Shown piece after piece: positions 17,902 through 27,032 of a stretch of DNA of 64,000 nt; within the stretch, counting starts at the first letter, position 1, and every line of letters begins with the position of its first letter. The stretch is from an uncultured Gammaproteobacteria bacterium (GTDB taxonomy: Bacteria > Patescibacteriota > Patescibacteriia > UBA1558 > 2-01-FULL-52-15): NCBI GenBank assembly GCA_964422585.1, contig CAYRBH010000005.1, positions 3,401-67,400 of the forward strand. Reading direction: 5' to 3'. The position numbers and the translations under genes are program-made. Under the pieces are notes generated by a model. The model saw only the letters and a program-made list of their open reading frames with translations, was not told the DNA's origin and ran no database searches.

Positions 17902-20505
17902 TTATTTCCCCCCTAGCATCTTCGCATATTTTTTGAATTCATTTCCTTTCTCTATGAAATTTTTCCACAGAGAATAGCTTGGCGATGCGGTTGACAGTAA
18001 ACAGATACTGCCTGGCTGAGTGTATTTGTAGGCAAAAGCGATTGCTCGTTCTATACTTCTCGTCTCAAATACCCTAAGTCCTTTCTGGGACTTGAGCATT
18101 CGCTTGCCGGTATCAGGAAACAGGACAATATTTCGTATCTTATATTTCCGTACGGTCTTCTCAAGTCGCGCAAAATCATAACCGCGATCTTCGCCACCCA
18201 GGAAAATCGTATCAACTTTTTTTAACGCTTTGATAGCCATAATGGTTGAATCAGGCGTTGTGGAAATAGCATCGTCATAGAAAGTAATTCCTTTGAACGT
18301 GCCAATGTTCTCAAGTCGATGGGGCAGCGGTTTGAAGTTCTTGATTCCTTTACGTATTGCCGCGTCTGAAATACCAAGCTGCCGGACAACTTTGATCGCG
18401 GCGCGTATATTCTGCATATTATGATCGCCAATGAGAGGAATGTCAGATTTTTTCAATGGGATTTTCGCATTGAAAGGCGCGACGATTGCGATATCCTGTG
18501 AACTCTGGAACCTGAATATATTTTTTTTCGCGGCATAGTAGTTCCCAAGTCCGCCATGATAGGTCATATGATCAGGGAAGAGATTGAGTAGTAGCGCGAT
18601 ATTCGGTGAATAGTCGATATCATCGAGCATATAGCTCGAAAGCTCTATGACAAAGATCTCTTTCGGATTAATTCTGGTAAGTAAAGTCGCGAGCATCGGA
18701 TTGCCGATATTGCCGACGAGCCGTACTTTTTTGCCAGCTGCTCGCAGCATCGCGTAGATGAGACTTACCGTCGTGCTTTTGCCCTTGGTGCCAGTAACAC
18801 CGATCGTGAAATTTTTATTCTCAGCGAAAAAGATATTGGTGGCCGTGGTATAGGGAATGGTGATTTTATATTTTGGTATGCCTGGTGTTTTGAGCGCAAG
18901 ATCATAGTGATCTTGTTTTGTGAGATAGTTTTTATCGAATTTCTGATCGAGGATCCCGATCTTCAGGTGAGGGTATTTTTTTCGTAGGTATTTTTCAGTG
19001 GCTTTTCCCTCGACATCATAGCCGATAATGCACACAGTCTTGATGCCAAGTAGTCTGAAGGACGCGGGTGTTGTTGGCGCTGGTTGCGTTTTGAATACTT
19101 CAGTAATGAGCGCGCGGCCATTTCGTATCTGAGGAAGAAAGGTTTTGACCACGAGACTTTCTTTGAAGTGTTTGGCCGCGAGGTAGAGTGCCGCGCGCGA
19201 CTCTTCGAAGGTGCCAACGCAATCAAATGGCTTATAGTTCCCGAAACCAAGGGTATTTTTATAAGTCAGCAGAAGTGTTTTGTCTTCGAAAAGATTCTTC
19301 CCAAATATGCTAATTAGTTTTTTCTTTGGAAGAAATGGCGCGAGTATCAGAAAAACGAAAGCGCATTTCGGACACGCGCCGCACCAGCGCGTATTCGGCG
19401 TAGTTTTCGCGCTAGCGGAGCTTCTATTACAGCTTGAGAAGAGTGAATGATACTTTGTATGCCTGGCGAACAGTTCCGCTATTCTTATTTCATATAATTG
19501 TCGCAGCAACGAGAAGTAGACAATGTCAGGGGTGATGAATTTCCTGGTGTAGTTTTGCAGTAATGCCTCGAATTCGGCGGATTTGCTCCATTGATGATTG
19601 ATCATGTCGCCACGATAGCGCGTGTTCCCGAAATTGCTGCTCTGCTCATTGCTCACAATGACGTACCTGTATTTATAGAGCGCTGCCGAGAGTAGGCCGA
19701 GGAACGCGAATATGGCTGAAATAGGGATATGTCCAGTATAACCCCCTTCATGTTTCTGAAGGATTTTCGGATCCAATATTCTTCGCAGCTGCAATGAAGG
19801 ATTTCCGATTTTTTGTATAACGGCTTTGGCTGTAGCATCTTTTCTCCGTGTCTCAATATGAAATGAGGTCACATCGAACTCATGCAGCAGCTCGGCAGAT
19901 ACAATAGAGTCTTTGCCACCGCCGATGCCGAGGAGTATTTTTTCAAACTGTCCAACTGGAGCGGCAGCAGTCTTGACGGTAGAGTAAGGGAAGCGGGCGA
20001 CATGTTGTGGATCAAGCCTATTCCGATAGAGGAATTCACCGAGACCTTTACGATAGACACTGTTCCAGAACTCAGCTTGTTCTTTCGACAGTTTGAAAGG
20101 CAGAGTTACCTTCGGCGGGCAATACAGTTTATAGTAGCTAATACCCAAGATGAGATGCAGCGGCTCGAGGAATTTCCGAAGTGTCTCGTGATCTAGTTTC
20201 TGAGACGGAGCTTTCGGGAGTATGACCCGCTCGGTAAAGGTAAGAGGCTTTCTATCTGAGAAGGTGATCTCATACGTAAAAGAAAAGGAGCGCCTCTGGG
20301 CGGTATAGGCGTATCCTCGGAAGTGAAATGCTTGGGCTTTTGGTCGCATAGTGAGCGCTGCAAGATGCGTAGTTATCCTACTGTACTTAGCGGAATTTTC
20401 CAAGAGAGCAGGGCTTCTTCCCTTTTTCGCAATAGTATGCAAATCTATAGCTGCTATGCGCAAGAAAAAACGATTCATCGTCATCTGCGACAATATCCGG
20501 AGCAC
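17902..20505 (-). CDS. Fusion protein: N-terminal PP-loop ATP-pyrophosphatase-like domain (~480 aa) + complete MurD-like ligase. Start codon uncertain (alternative Met would place it at 20349)
   Basis: The C-terminal ~380 aa carry a MurD Rossmann N-domain (KTVCIIGYDVEGKA), P-loop IGVTGTKGKSTT and GNIGNPML. The N-terminal half carries an SGGxDS-like PP-loop (LLGIGGGKDS) and a WCGACPKC cysteine cluster. Translated by eye. Confidence 0.7.
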   Translation of the reverse strand: MLRILSQMTMNRFFLRIAAIDLHTIAKKGRSPALLENSAKYSRITTHLAALTMRPKAQAFHFRGYAYTAQRRSFSFTYEITFSDRKPLTFTERVILPKAPSQKLDHETLRKFLEPLHLILGISYYKLYCPPKVTLPFKLSKEQAEFWNSVYRKGLGEFLYRNRLDPQHVARFPYSTVKTAAAPVGQFEKILLGIGGGKDSIVSAELLHEFDVTSFHIETRRKDATAKAVIQKIGNPSLQLRRILDPKILQKHEGGYTGHIPISAIFAFLGLLSAALYKYRYVIVSNEQSSNFGNTRYRGDMINHQWSKSAEFEALLQNYTRKFITPDIVYFSLLRQLYEIRIAELFARHTKYHSLFSSCNRSSASAKTTPNTRWCGACPKCAFVFLILAPFLPKKKLISIFGKNLFEDKTLLLTYKNTLGFGNYKPFDCVGTFEESRAALYLAAKHFKESLVVKTFLPQIRNGRALITEVFKTQPAPTTPASFRLLGIKTVCIIGYDVEGKATEKYLRKKYPHLKIGILDQKFDKNYLTKQDHYDLALKTPGIPKYKITIPYTTATNIFFAENKNFTIGVTGTKGKSTTVSLIYAMLRAAGKKVRLVGNIGNPMLATLLTRINPKEIFVIELSSYMLDDIDYSPNIALLLNLFPDHMTYHGGLGNYYAAKKNIFRFQSSQDIAIVAPFNAKIPLKKSDIPLIGDHNMQNIRAAIKVVRQLGISDAAIRKGIKNFKPLPHRLENIGTFKGITFYDDAISTTPDSTIMAIKALKKVDTIFLGGEDRGYDFARLEKTVRKYKIRNIVLFPDTGKRMLKSQKGLRVFETRSIERAIAFAYKYTQPGSICLLSTASPSYSLWKNFIEKGNEFKKYAKMLGGK

Positions 20506-20923
20506 TCATAATGTAGGCTCTATTTTTCGTACGAGCGATGGAGCTGGCGTGGATCAGATATACTTATGCGGCATCACGCCGCGCCCGCCGCGGAAAGATA
20601 TCGATAAGGTTTCGCTGGGAGCTGAGAGGTCGGTCCCGTTTGTTTATCGTAGAAGCGTCTTGAGTGTGGTGACAAAACTCAAAAAAGAAGATTATCAAAT
20701 CATTGCCCTTGAGAATAATGTGCCAGGGGTGATCGAATATCAGAAATATAAACCCACATTTCCTCTGGCCCTGGTTATCGGCAGTGAAGTGGGAGGTATT
20801 GACTCGAACATCCTGAAAAAGGCTCATCAGAAAGTGTCTATCCCTATGCGCGGGAAGAAGGAGTCGTTGAATGTGTCTGTCGCCTTTGGGATCATCGCGT
20901 ATGCGCTGACCACGGGGGAGTAG
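20456..20923 (+). CDS. SpoU/TrmH-family RNA 2'-O-methyltransferase (start set at internal Met; track ORF begins at 20351)
   Basis: SPOUT motifs NVGSIFRTSDGAGVD, LALVIGSEVGGID and SLNVSVAFGIIAYA. The upstream extension would overlap the neighbouring gene, so MRKKKRF is the likelier start. Confidence 0.8.
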   Translation: MRKKKRFIVICDNIRSTHNVGSIFRTSDGAGVDQIYLCGITPRPPRKDIDKVSLGAERSVPFVYRRSVLSVVTKLKKEDYQIIALENNVPGVIEYQKYKPTFPLALVIGSEVGGIDSNILKKAHQKVSIPMRGKKESLNVSVAFGIIAYALTTGE

Positions 20924-20992
20924 GCTGCCGGGTGTGGATTTCGCGCTGTAGCGGTGCTATACTAGATGCGTCTTATACTTAAGAACTAAACT

Positions 20993-21217
20993 ATGCAAAA
21001 TTTAGGAAGCGGTCAGTTGTGGTTCATACTTATTTCCCTATGGACCTTGCCCTGGAAAGGTGTCGCTCTGTGGAAGTCTGCACGAGCTCAAGAGAAGTGG
21101 TGGTTCATCGCATTATTATTGATTAATACTATAGGGATTTTGGAGATCGTATACATTTTCTTCTTCGCGCCTTCTACGACGCAGAAAAAAGGTTTTCACT
21201 GGCCTTGGAAGAAGTAA
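20993..21217 (+). CDS. Small hypothetical membrane protein (two TM helices)
   Basis: 74-aa ORF with W-rich hydrophobic helices. No family recognised. Confidence 0.3.
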   Translation: MQNLGSGQLWFILISLWTLPWKGVALWKSARAQEKWWFIALLLINTIGILEIVYIFFFAPSTTQKKGFHWPWKK

Positions 21218-21232
21218 CTACCTGCAGTAGCC

Positions 21233-21961
21233 ATGGGTAAGCTTCAAACATTTCCTGCCATTGTCGCGCACCGTGGCTTCTGGATGCAGTATCCGGAAAA
21301 TACGGTGCCTGCTTTTATTGAGGCCATGCGCATGGGTGTTGATATGGTCGAGCTGGACGTGCATGAGACTAAGGATGGCGAATTTATTGTGTGCCATGAC
21401 GCGACCCACCCTGCAGCTATACACCCCTGGCGTAAATTGACCTACGCGGAGATCAGGAAGTCTATGGGCGATCTGCTCGTTCCGAAGCTCGAGGACTGCA
21501 TACGAGCGATCCCTACCCTCCGTATTAATTTTGAGATCAAGAGCATAAAGCATCCATCGAAACTGCTACGCCTTCTCGAGAAGAATCCGCCTCTTCCCGG
21601 CAGCTTTATCTCTAGTTTTCACTATATCGATCTGAAAACGCTACATCGATTACATTGCGCTTTCCCGCTCTATCTGATTACATCGCTCCCGCCGCGAGGT
21701 TTCCAGCGATTGTTCACGCAGCTCGTATTCTGGCTGAGGCTCTATCGATTCACGCCGAGGTTCTTGGCGGGCGTATCTTTGCAGTATCGTCTGGTTACCC
21801 GGAGGCTTATCCGGACTATGCATCGTCGGGGGTTCAAGGTTCATAGTTGGACCGTGGATAATCCTAAGAAAATGAAAAAGTTCATCGAATACGCTATTGA
21901 CGGCATCATTACCAACCGTCCTGACATACTGCTCGGTTTGAAAGATCAATTGCTGCGCTGA
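21233..21961 (+). CDS. Glycerophosphodiester phosphodiesterase
   Basis: Canonical GP-PDE N-terminus VAHRGFWMQYPENTVPAFIEAMRMGVDMVELDVHETKDGEFIVCHD. Confidence 0.88.
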   Translation: MGKLQTFPAIVAHRGFWMQYPENTVPAFIEAMRMGVDMVELDVHETKDGEFIVCHDATHPAAIHPWRKLTYAEIRKSMGDLLVPKLEDCIRAIPTLRINFEIKSIKHPSKLLRLLEKNPPLPGSFISSFHYIDLKTLHRLHCAFPLYLITSLPPRGFQRLFTQLVFWLRLYRFTPRFLAGVSLQYRLVTRRLIRTMHRRGFKVHSWTVDNPKKMKKFIEYAIDGIITNRPDILLGLKDQLLR

Positions 21962-21963
21962 GT

Positions 21964-23628
21964 ATGAAACGATTGAAGATGTATATACTGCCCATTGCCT
22001 TCCTTGCGGTGGCACTTATTGTATTTCCTGTGCCGAAGCAAGGAGGGTTCGTTTCGGACGACTGGGATTGGTTATCGGCAGCAGCCAGACATACCAGCAT
22101 CTTCCCTGATCTGCTGGCAAACAGCACCGGCACACATGCTGGTGGCTCCTATAATCCGCTGAGCTCGCTCTGGATCAATGTGCTCCATCGATCTTTCAGA
22201 ATGAACGCAGCTTCGTATCATATCGCGAGCATCATACTGCATAGCCTGAACGCTTTCTTATTGGCATTACTTGCGATGCTGATTTTGAGAGTTTTCTTTT
22301 TAGAAAAAAGGGCTTGGAAGTTCGGTACAGGAGCAGGACTTCTTTTTGTACTTTGGCCCACTCATGTCGAGGCAGTACAGTGGATAGCGGCAGTACCTCA
22401 TATGCTGGCAACCTTCTTTGTTCTGCTCACCCTCTATGCGTATATCTTGTTTCGAGTCGATAAGAGCCGCTTCGCCTCTTGGTTGGTGCTGTTCTCAAGT
22501 CTTTGCGCTTTTTGCAGTAAAGAAACAGCCTTGATGCTACCATTGCTATTGCTTGGCATTGAGCTGTGGTATCAACGTCATCATCTCAAGACAATTAAAC
22601 TGGGCGAGTATAGGTTTGTCATAGGAGTCTTTCTTGTAGCCATCATATTTCTAGTGATGCGTTTCGTTGCTACGGGCATCGTACTTGGTGATTATGCTGA
22701 ACAGCAGCTGGTCATACGACCGTTGCAGTGGATCAATACGCTGCTGACCTTCTTCGAAGAGTTTCTTACCCTCGGTACGGCTCGCGTGCCGTGGATGCAG
22801 TGGTACTGGCAGCACCCCGTGCTCATCGGTTGTAGTGGCCTAGTAGTATTCGCTGGTATCTGGTGGTGTATTTGGCGTTTACGGAAAGAGGGTCTCTTAC
22901 TGTGGTGGCATTTGTTACTTATTTCACTCGTGCCGTTCATAACGCTCGGATTCAATCGCCTATCCCAAGAGGGCGAGCGCTATACCTATTTGCCGTCGGC
23001 GTTTTTCATCATATTCGTGACGATACTAGTATATCTGTATGCGCGTCGTTTCGCGTATCTACTATTCGTACTGATGTTCTGCGCTACAGTACAGCCACTA
23101 GTGATCCGGAATCAGGCTTGGCAACAGGCATTTCGCGTCGCTCATGACATCGTTATTGCAGCTAGTAGCTTGCCGCAACTTTCTGACCCCTCCCATCTCT
23201 ATCTGTTCGTAGGATTGCCTGACACTATCGGTGGAGCGCAGGTGTTCCGTAATAATCTGGCTGAAGCCGTCCTATTCTCCGCACCAGAGCATGCTGCGCA
23301 GGTGATCGAGCTGCCGATCTATACACAATTCAGGAGTTCTGAAGCGAATGCTTCGGTACTGCGATGGACATCTGATAGCAGGGGGCTGTTCGCGAGGAAT
23401 CCGGACCATCGCCTAGTAGTGACCGGTTTCGATCGACGTGAGACCGAGTATCTGACCTATGAGCTCTGGGATTATAACTATTCTTTTTTCAGCTCAGATA
23501 CGATACGTCTTCTGTTCGCCGATAGCCTGAAGCAAGCTATTAGCAGCGGCAAGGCCTCTATTATGACCTGGAATGCTGGTAGCCTTCTGGAGGTGACTCA
23601 CTCACCGGCAGAGACTTCCTCATTGTGA
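21964..23628 (+). CDS. Polytopic membrane protein, possibly GT-C-fold glycosyltransferase (PMT/ArnT-like)
   Basis: About 11 predicted TM helices. The first extracytoplasmic loop has acidic DDWDW followed by an NPL motif, reminiscent of GT-C mannosyl/arabinosyl transferases. It starts 3 bp after the phosphodiesterase. Assignment tentative. Confidence 0.4.
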   Translation: MKRLKMYILPIAFLAVALIVFPVPKQGGFVSDDWDWLSAAARHTSIFPDLLANSTGTHAGGSYNPLSSLWINVLHRSFRMNAASYHIASIILHSLNAFLLALLAMLILRVFFLEKRAWKFGTGAGLLFVLWPTHVEAVQWIAAVPHMLATFFVLLTLYAYILFRVDKSRFASWLVLFSSLCAFCSKETALMLPLLLLGIELWYQRHHLKTIKLGEYRFVIGVFLVAIIFLVMRFVATGIVLGDYAEQQLVIRPLQWINTLLTFFEEFLTLGTARVPWMQWYWQHPVLIGCSGLVVFAGIWWCIWRLRKEGLLLWWHLLLISLVPFITLGFNRLSQEGERYTYLPSAFFIIFVTILVYLYARRFAYLLFVLMFCATVQPLVIRNQAWQQAFRVAHDIVIAASSLPQLSDPSHLYLFVGLPDTIGGAQVFRNNLAEAVLFSAPEHAAQVIELPIYTQFRSSEANASVLRWTSDSRGLFARNPDHRLVVTGFDRRETEYLTYELWDYNYSFFSSDTIRLLFADSLKQAISSGKASIMTWNAGSLLEVTHSPAETSSL

Positions 23629-23658
23629 GCGCTACGCCTATCGGCTATACTATAGTAT

Positions 23659-25035
23659 ATGGATGATGCTGATCAGCCTATCAATCCAAGCGCACCGGAA
23701 CAGCCGCGAGACTCTGCTGACCGTATGGCCCAAGAAACGCGTATCCGCTTAGAGTTGCAGCGGAGGCTTTCGTATAGCGATGAAGCGCAGGTGCTGTCTG
23801 AAAAAGTAGGGAGTTCTCGGGGTAGGCATCGACTGCGGAAACTCCTCATTTTTTTGGTATTAGTCTGCGGTATTTTTATAATTGGCGCGCTGGCATTAAA
23901 TATGGCCATCGTCCCTCGTGTCATAGCTGGACTGCCGAGCTTCATTCGGGTACCGTATCAAACACTTCCTGGCTACAAGAGGACGATCAGTGGTTCAGTC
24001 GATTATTATCCGCCATTGGTGGTAAGTCCCACAAAGACAGGTATTTCAGAGTTCGATCATGGAGCGTCATTCTCGTTCATATCGAGCGCAGATGTGCTCT
24101 CGCACAAAGGGATCGAGGGTGTTCTCAGGCTTGATATCAATAAGACTCAGGCAAGCACAGCGGCAAGCGATATTGATGTGGGGTATAAGGTCTTGTTCCC
24201 GCAGAAGCAGGGGACTGGCATTTACTTTTTCTTTAACCACTGGCCTTCATACCTACAAGACTTGGGAATCGCCGGTGACAGTCGTGGTATATGGTTTGGT
24301 TATGATTCTCAAGATAAGCAAACTTCCCAGCCAGATATCAATGAACTCCTTGGTCTCCTGAATCCAGAGAGCAATCAGCAGGGCGCCCAGCATTTTATCA
24401 ATGCTCTCTGGACCTATGCTTCTGCGAAAGGCGCTTTACAATGGAAAGTGCAGCGACTTTTCTATAGCTTATCTGATGGCACCCGCGCCGCTGATATACA
24501 GGTGTCTATAGATCCTGATACATTTCCCTCAACGATCGCTGCTTTTGTGAAAGATCCTTCGTATACCGGAGATATCAAGGCCATCGGTGATTCGCCGGTT
24601 GCCGGCACCACCGTTGCCGGCCTGCTTGGATCGATACGTTCATTGACCGGCCTTATCACGGTTGGCATCACTGATCATTTTATCCATCAGGCGGTGTGGA
24701 ATTTCGATATTAATGATCCGGCTGCAGGCACCTATCGTGGCACTGTCACCTCAGCCCTTGATCTTGTACAGGCCAAGAAAGATATTGTGAAACCTCAGCA
24801 GACTAAGAGTGCGATAGATATCCTTGACTTAATCGCAACAGGAACGCCGGATCTGACTCCGGCGACTGTGGCAACCACGACCGATTCGGATGGGGATGGT
24901 CTCAGTGATAGCGATGAGATAAATAAATATCACACGGATCCGTTCGTAGCTGACACCGATCATGACGGGTTCAGCGACGGCGCTGAGGTGCGGATGGGGT
25001 ATAATCCCTTAGGACCAGGGAAGCTGAAGCAGTAA
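23659..25035 (+). CDS. N-terminally anchored surface protein with C-terminal tandem DxDxDG calcium-binding repeats (thrombospondin-type-3/dockerin-like)
   Basis: A TM helix at aa ~60-85, a large extracytoplasmic domain, and a C-terminal DSDGDGLSDSDE...DTDHDGFSDGAEV pair. Confidence 0.5.
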   Translation: MDDADQPINPSAPEQPRDSADRMAQETRIRLELQRRLSYSDEAQVLSEKVGSSRGRHRLRKLLIFLVLVCGIFIIGALALNMAIVPRVIAGLPSFIRVPYQTLPGYKRTISGSVDYYPPLVVSPTKTGISEFDHGASFSFISSADVLSHKGIEGVLRLDINKTQASTAASDIDVGYKVLFPQKQGTGIYFFFNHWPSYLQDLGIAGDSRGIWFGYDSQDKQTSQPDINELLGLLNPESNQQGAQHFINALWTYASAKGALQWKVQRLFYSLSDGTRAADIQVSIDPDTFPSTIAAFVKDPSYTGDIKAIGDSPVAGTTVAGLLGSIRSLTGLITVGITDHFIHQAVWNFDINDPAAGTYRGTVTSALDLVQAKKDIVKPQQTKSAIDILDLIATGTPDLTPATVATTTDSDGDGLSDSDEINKYHTDPFVADTDHDGFSDGAEVRMGYNPLGPGKLKQ

Positions 25036-25039
25036 GCTT

Positions 25040-25558
25040 CTAGAAACGGTACACGAAGACATTGCGCCATCGCTCATGGAATTCTTTGAGCGGTTTTTTA
25101 GTATCAAATGAAAAATTGTATGAGATGACATAGGTCCCTGGTTTCGCTTCACGAGTGAGCTTAGGTCCTATCTTTTGGTTGATGGTATCAGGCAGGCCAT
25201 AGACAAAAATGATGTCGAATGTTCCTAGAGGTGCAGCATAGAGATCTTGCAGGACTATGTTCACCGAAGCTCCGCGGTAAAATAGTTGACGAAGCTTAGC
25301 TAGAGCATAGGGGAGTGGTGAGATTTCATAACCAGTCGCCGCGAGTCTATACTTCCGCCACACATAGAATACAACCCGTCCGTAACCGAGGCCAAGATCT
25401 GCGAAGCGCATGCCTGGCTGTGGGTGTATCGATGCTAAGGCTTGTGCGACCATCGTGGTTTTGCTGGGTATCCATGGTGCGAGAGAATAGAATGCCCGTA
25501 TCAGGTAAAAAACAACAATTGCGATCACCACATAGATACCGATGACCAGGAATGCCAT
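25040..25558 (-). CDS. Membrane-anchored class I SAM-dependent methyltransferase, putative
   Basis: An N-terminal TM helix, then motif I FADLGLGYGRVV, post-I GYEISP and IIFVYG. Confidence 0.45.
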   Translation of the reverse strand: MAFLVIGIYVVIAIVVFYLIRAFYSLAPWIPSKTTMVAQALASIHPQPGMRFADLGLGYGRVVFYVWRKYRLAATGYEISPLPYALAKLRQLFYRGASVNIVLQDLYAAPLGTFDIIFVYGLPDTINQKIGPKLTREAKPGTYVISYNFSFDTKKPLKEFHERWRNVFVYRF

Positions 25559-25563
25559 AGGTA

Positions 25564-26859
25564 TCAGCGGATGTAGTTCAACGGGTTGGTCACGCGACCA
25601 TTGATCCTGATCTCGAAATGCAGGTGAGGGCCAGTAGAGCGGCCGGTCGAGCCTATCAACCCGATAGTTTGTCCACGCGTGACCGTGTCACCAGCTTTCA
25701 CAAGGATCTTCGATTGATGACCATAGAGTGTCTGTATGCCATTACCATGATTGAGAATGACATAGTTGCCATAACCGCCATTATTCCAGCCGGCGCGCTC
25801 GACGCGGCCGCTTTCAGCCGCATAGATTGGATCGCCGATGGTTTCCCCGATATCAACACCGGTATGCCGCAGGCCGAAATATTGCGTGATACGTCTGCTC
25901 AGGACCGGCCAGAGGAATTTGCCGCCAAGCTCTTGTCCTGATCCCGCTGGCGGTGGGATAAAGAAGTTCTTTATGACATTGCCGAGACTTTGCGGTGTCC
26001 GTTGTCGGACAACCACATCGGTCGGATTGATGCCGTCGGGTATGATGAGGTCTTCACCGACCTGTATGTCAGTAGCGCTCGCGAGCTTATTGCCTTCGAT
26101 GATAGCGGTTGGATCTACCTGATACTTTTTCGCTATCTCGGCAATGGTTTCTCCGGATTTCACGGTATGCGACACGCCACTCCTTGGCAGTATGGTCAGT
26201 GTCTGACCGGGTTTGATGGTGCTATTCCAAGTCAAGCTGTTTGCCCAGAGTATGGTGTTCACGCTGATCTCGAATTTTTGCGCTATCGTACCCAAGGTGT
26301 CGCCTGACTCGACCGTATAGGTCTCGTTTTTCGAGCGCCCTGTCCCAGTGCCATTCCCTGTGTCCGTGATGACCGGCGCCACTATTGGTTGATCATCCTC
26401 CGGATTATAGATCATATCCTGGTCGGTATCCGGAGCAGCCGGACCAGTGATAATATCGTCGGTCACGACGGTATCCGTATCAAGGTAGCTGACCTTGGCT
26501 GATTGTCCATTCGCCGGCAGCGGACCCTCTTGGATCAGCTGTACGGCCGTTTGGTCGTTCTGACCCATGATGCTATTCAGTGGTATGCTTGCGGCGAGCT
26601 CTTCAGCATTCAAGGTAGTGGCCCAGAGATTATGTCCGAGTGCTATGATGACAATACTGAGGATGGTTCCTTTATATAGATAACGATTGAGCCATGTCAA
26701 AATCGTATGGTTGCTGGATTGAGTTAATGACTTTACCTTTCGTTGCACTTTCAAGATTAGGAAGTAGACGCTGAGTATGCTACCGAGGAAGAATCGCTTG
26801 ATGAACTTCCGTGCACTGCGGAGCGGTGGCATCGCGCCTCGCCGCAGCTTGTTTCCCAT
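25564..26859 (-). CDS. LysM-domain M23 (LytM-type) peptidoglycan peptidase
   Basis: Two LysM motifs (YTVESGDTLGTIAQKF, HTVKSGETIAEIAKKY) and a C-terminal M23 domain (HTGVDIG...GNYVILNHGNGIQTLYGHQ...GSTGRSTGPHLHFEI). Confidence 0.88.
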   Translation of the reverse strand: MGNKLRRGAMPPLRSARKFIKRFFLGSILSVYFLILKVQRKVKSLTQSSNHTILTWLNRYLYKGTILSIVIIALGHNLWATTLNAEELAASIPLNSIMGQNDQTAVQLIQEGPLPANGQSAKVSYLDTDTVVTDDIITGPAAPDTDQDMIYNPEDDQPIVAPVITDTGNGTGTGRSKNETYTVESGDTLGTIAQKFEISVNTILWANSLTWNSTIKPGQTLTILPRSGVSHTVKSGETIAEIAKKYQVDPTAIIEGNKLASATDIQVGEDLIIPDGINPTDVVVRQRTPQSLGNVIKNFFIPPPAGSGQELGGKFLWPVLSRRITQYFGLRHTGVDIGETIGDPIYAAESGRVERAGWNNGGYGNYVILNHGNGIQTLYGHQSKILVKAGDTVTRGQTIGLIGSTGRSTGPHLHFEIRINGRVTNPLNYIR

Positions 26860-27032
26860 CCATACGAAAGCGTCGACCAGTTTAATGATCGACCACAGTG
26901 CAATGCGCTTGATTGTGAGATTCAGTTTACGAATACGGCCTTTCTTTAACTATTCATAGATACCATATTTATATGAGTTTGTAAACAGTTCTTGCGTTGA
27001 TTTTTATCAGACGCTTTGTTAGAGTAAGACCT

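Noticed and set aside
25564-26859. LysM-M23 peptidase as the VirB1-like cell-wall hydrolase of the T4SS
   Set aside because: It is a plausible functional analogue, but the gene is about 25 kb from the operon, on the opposite strand, among unrelated housekeeping genes. There is no positional support.
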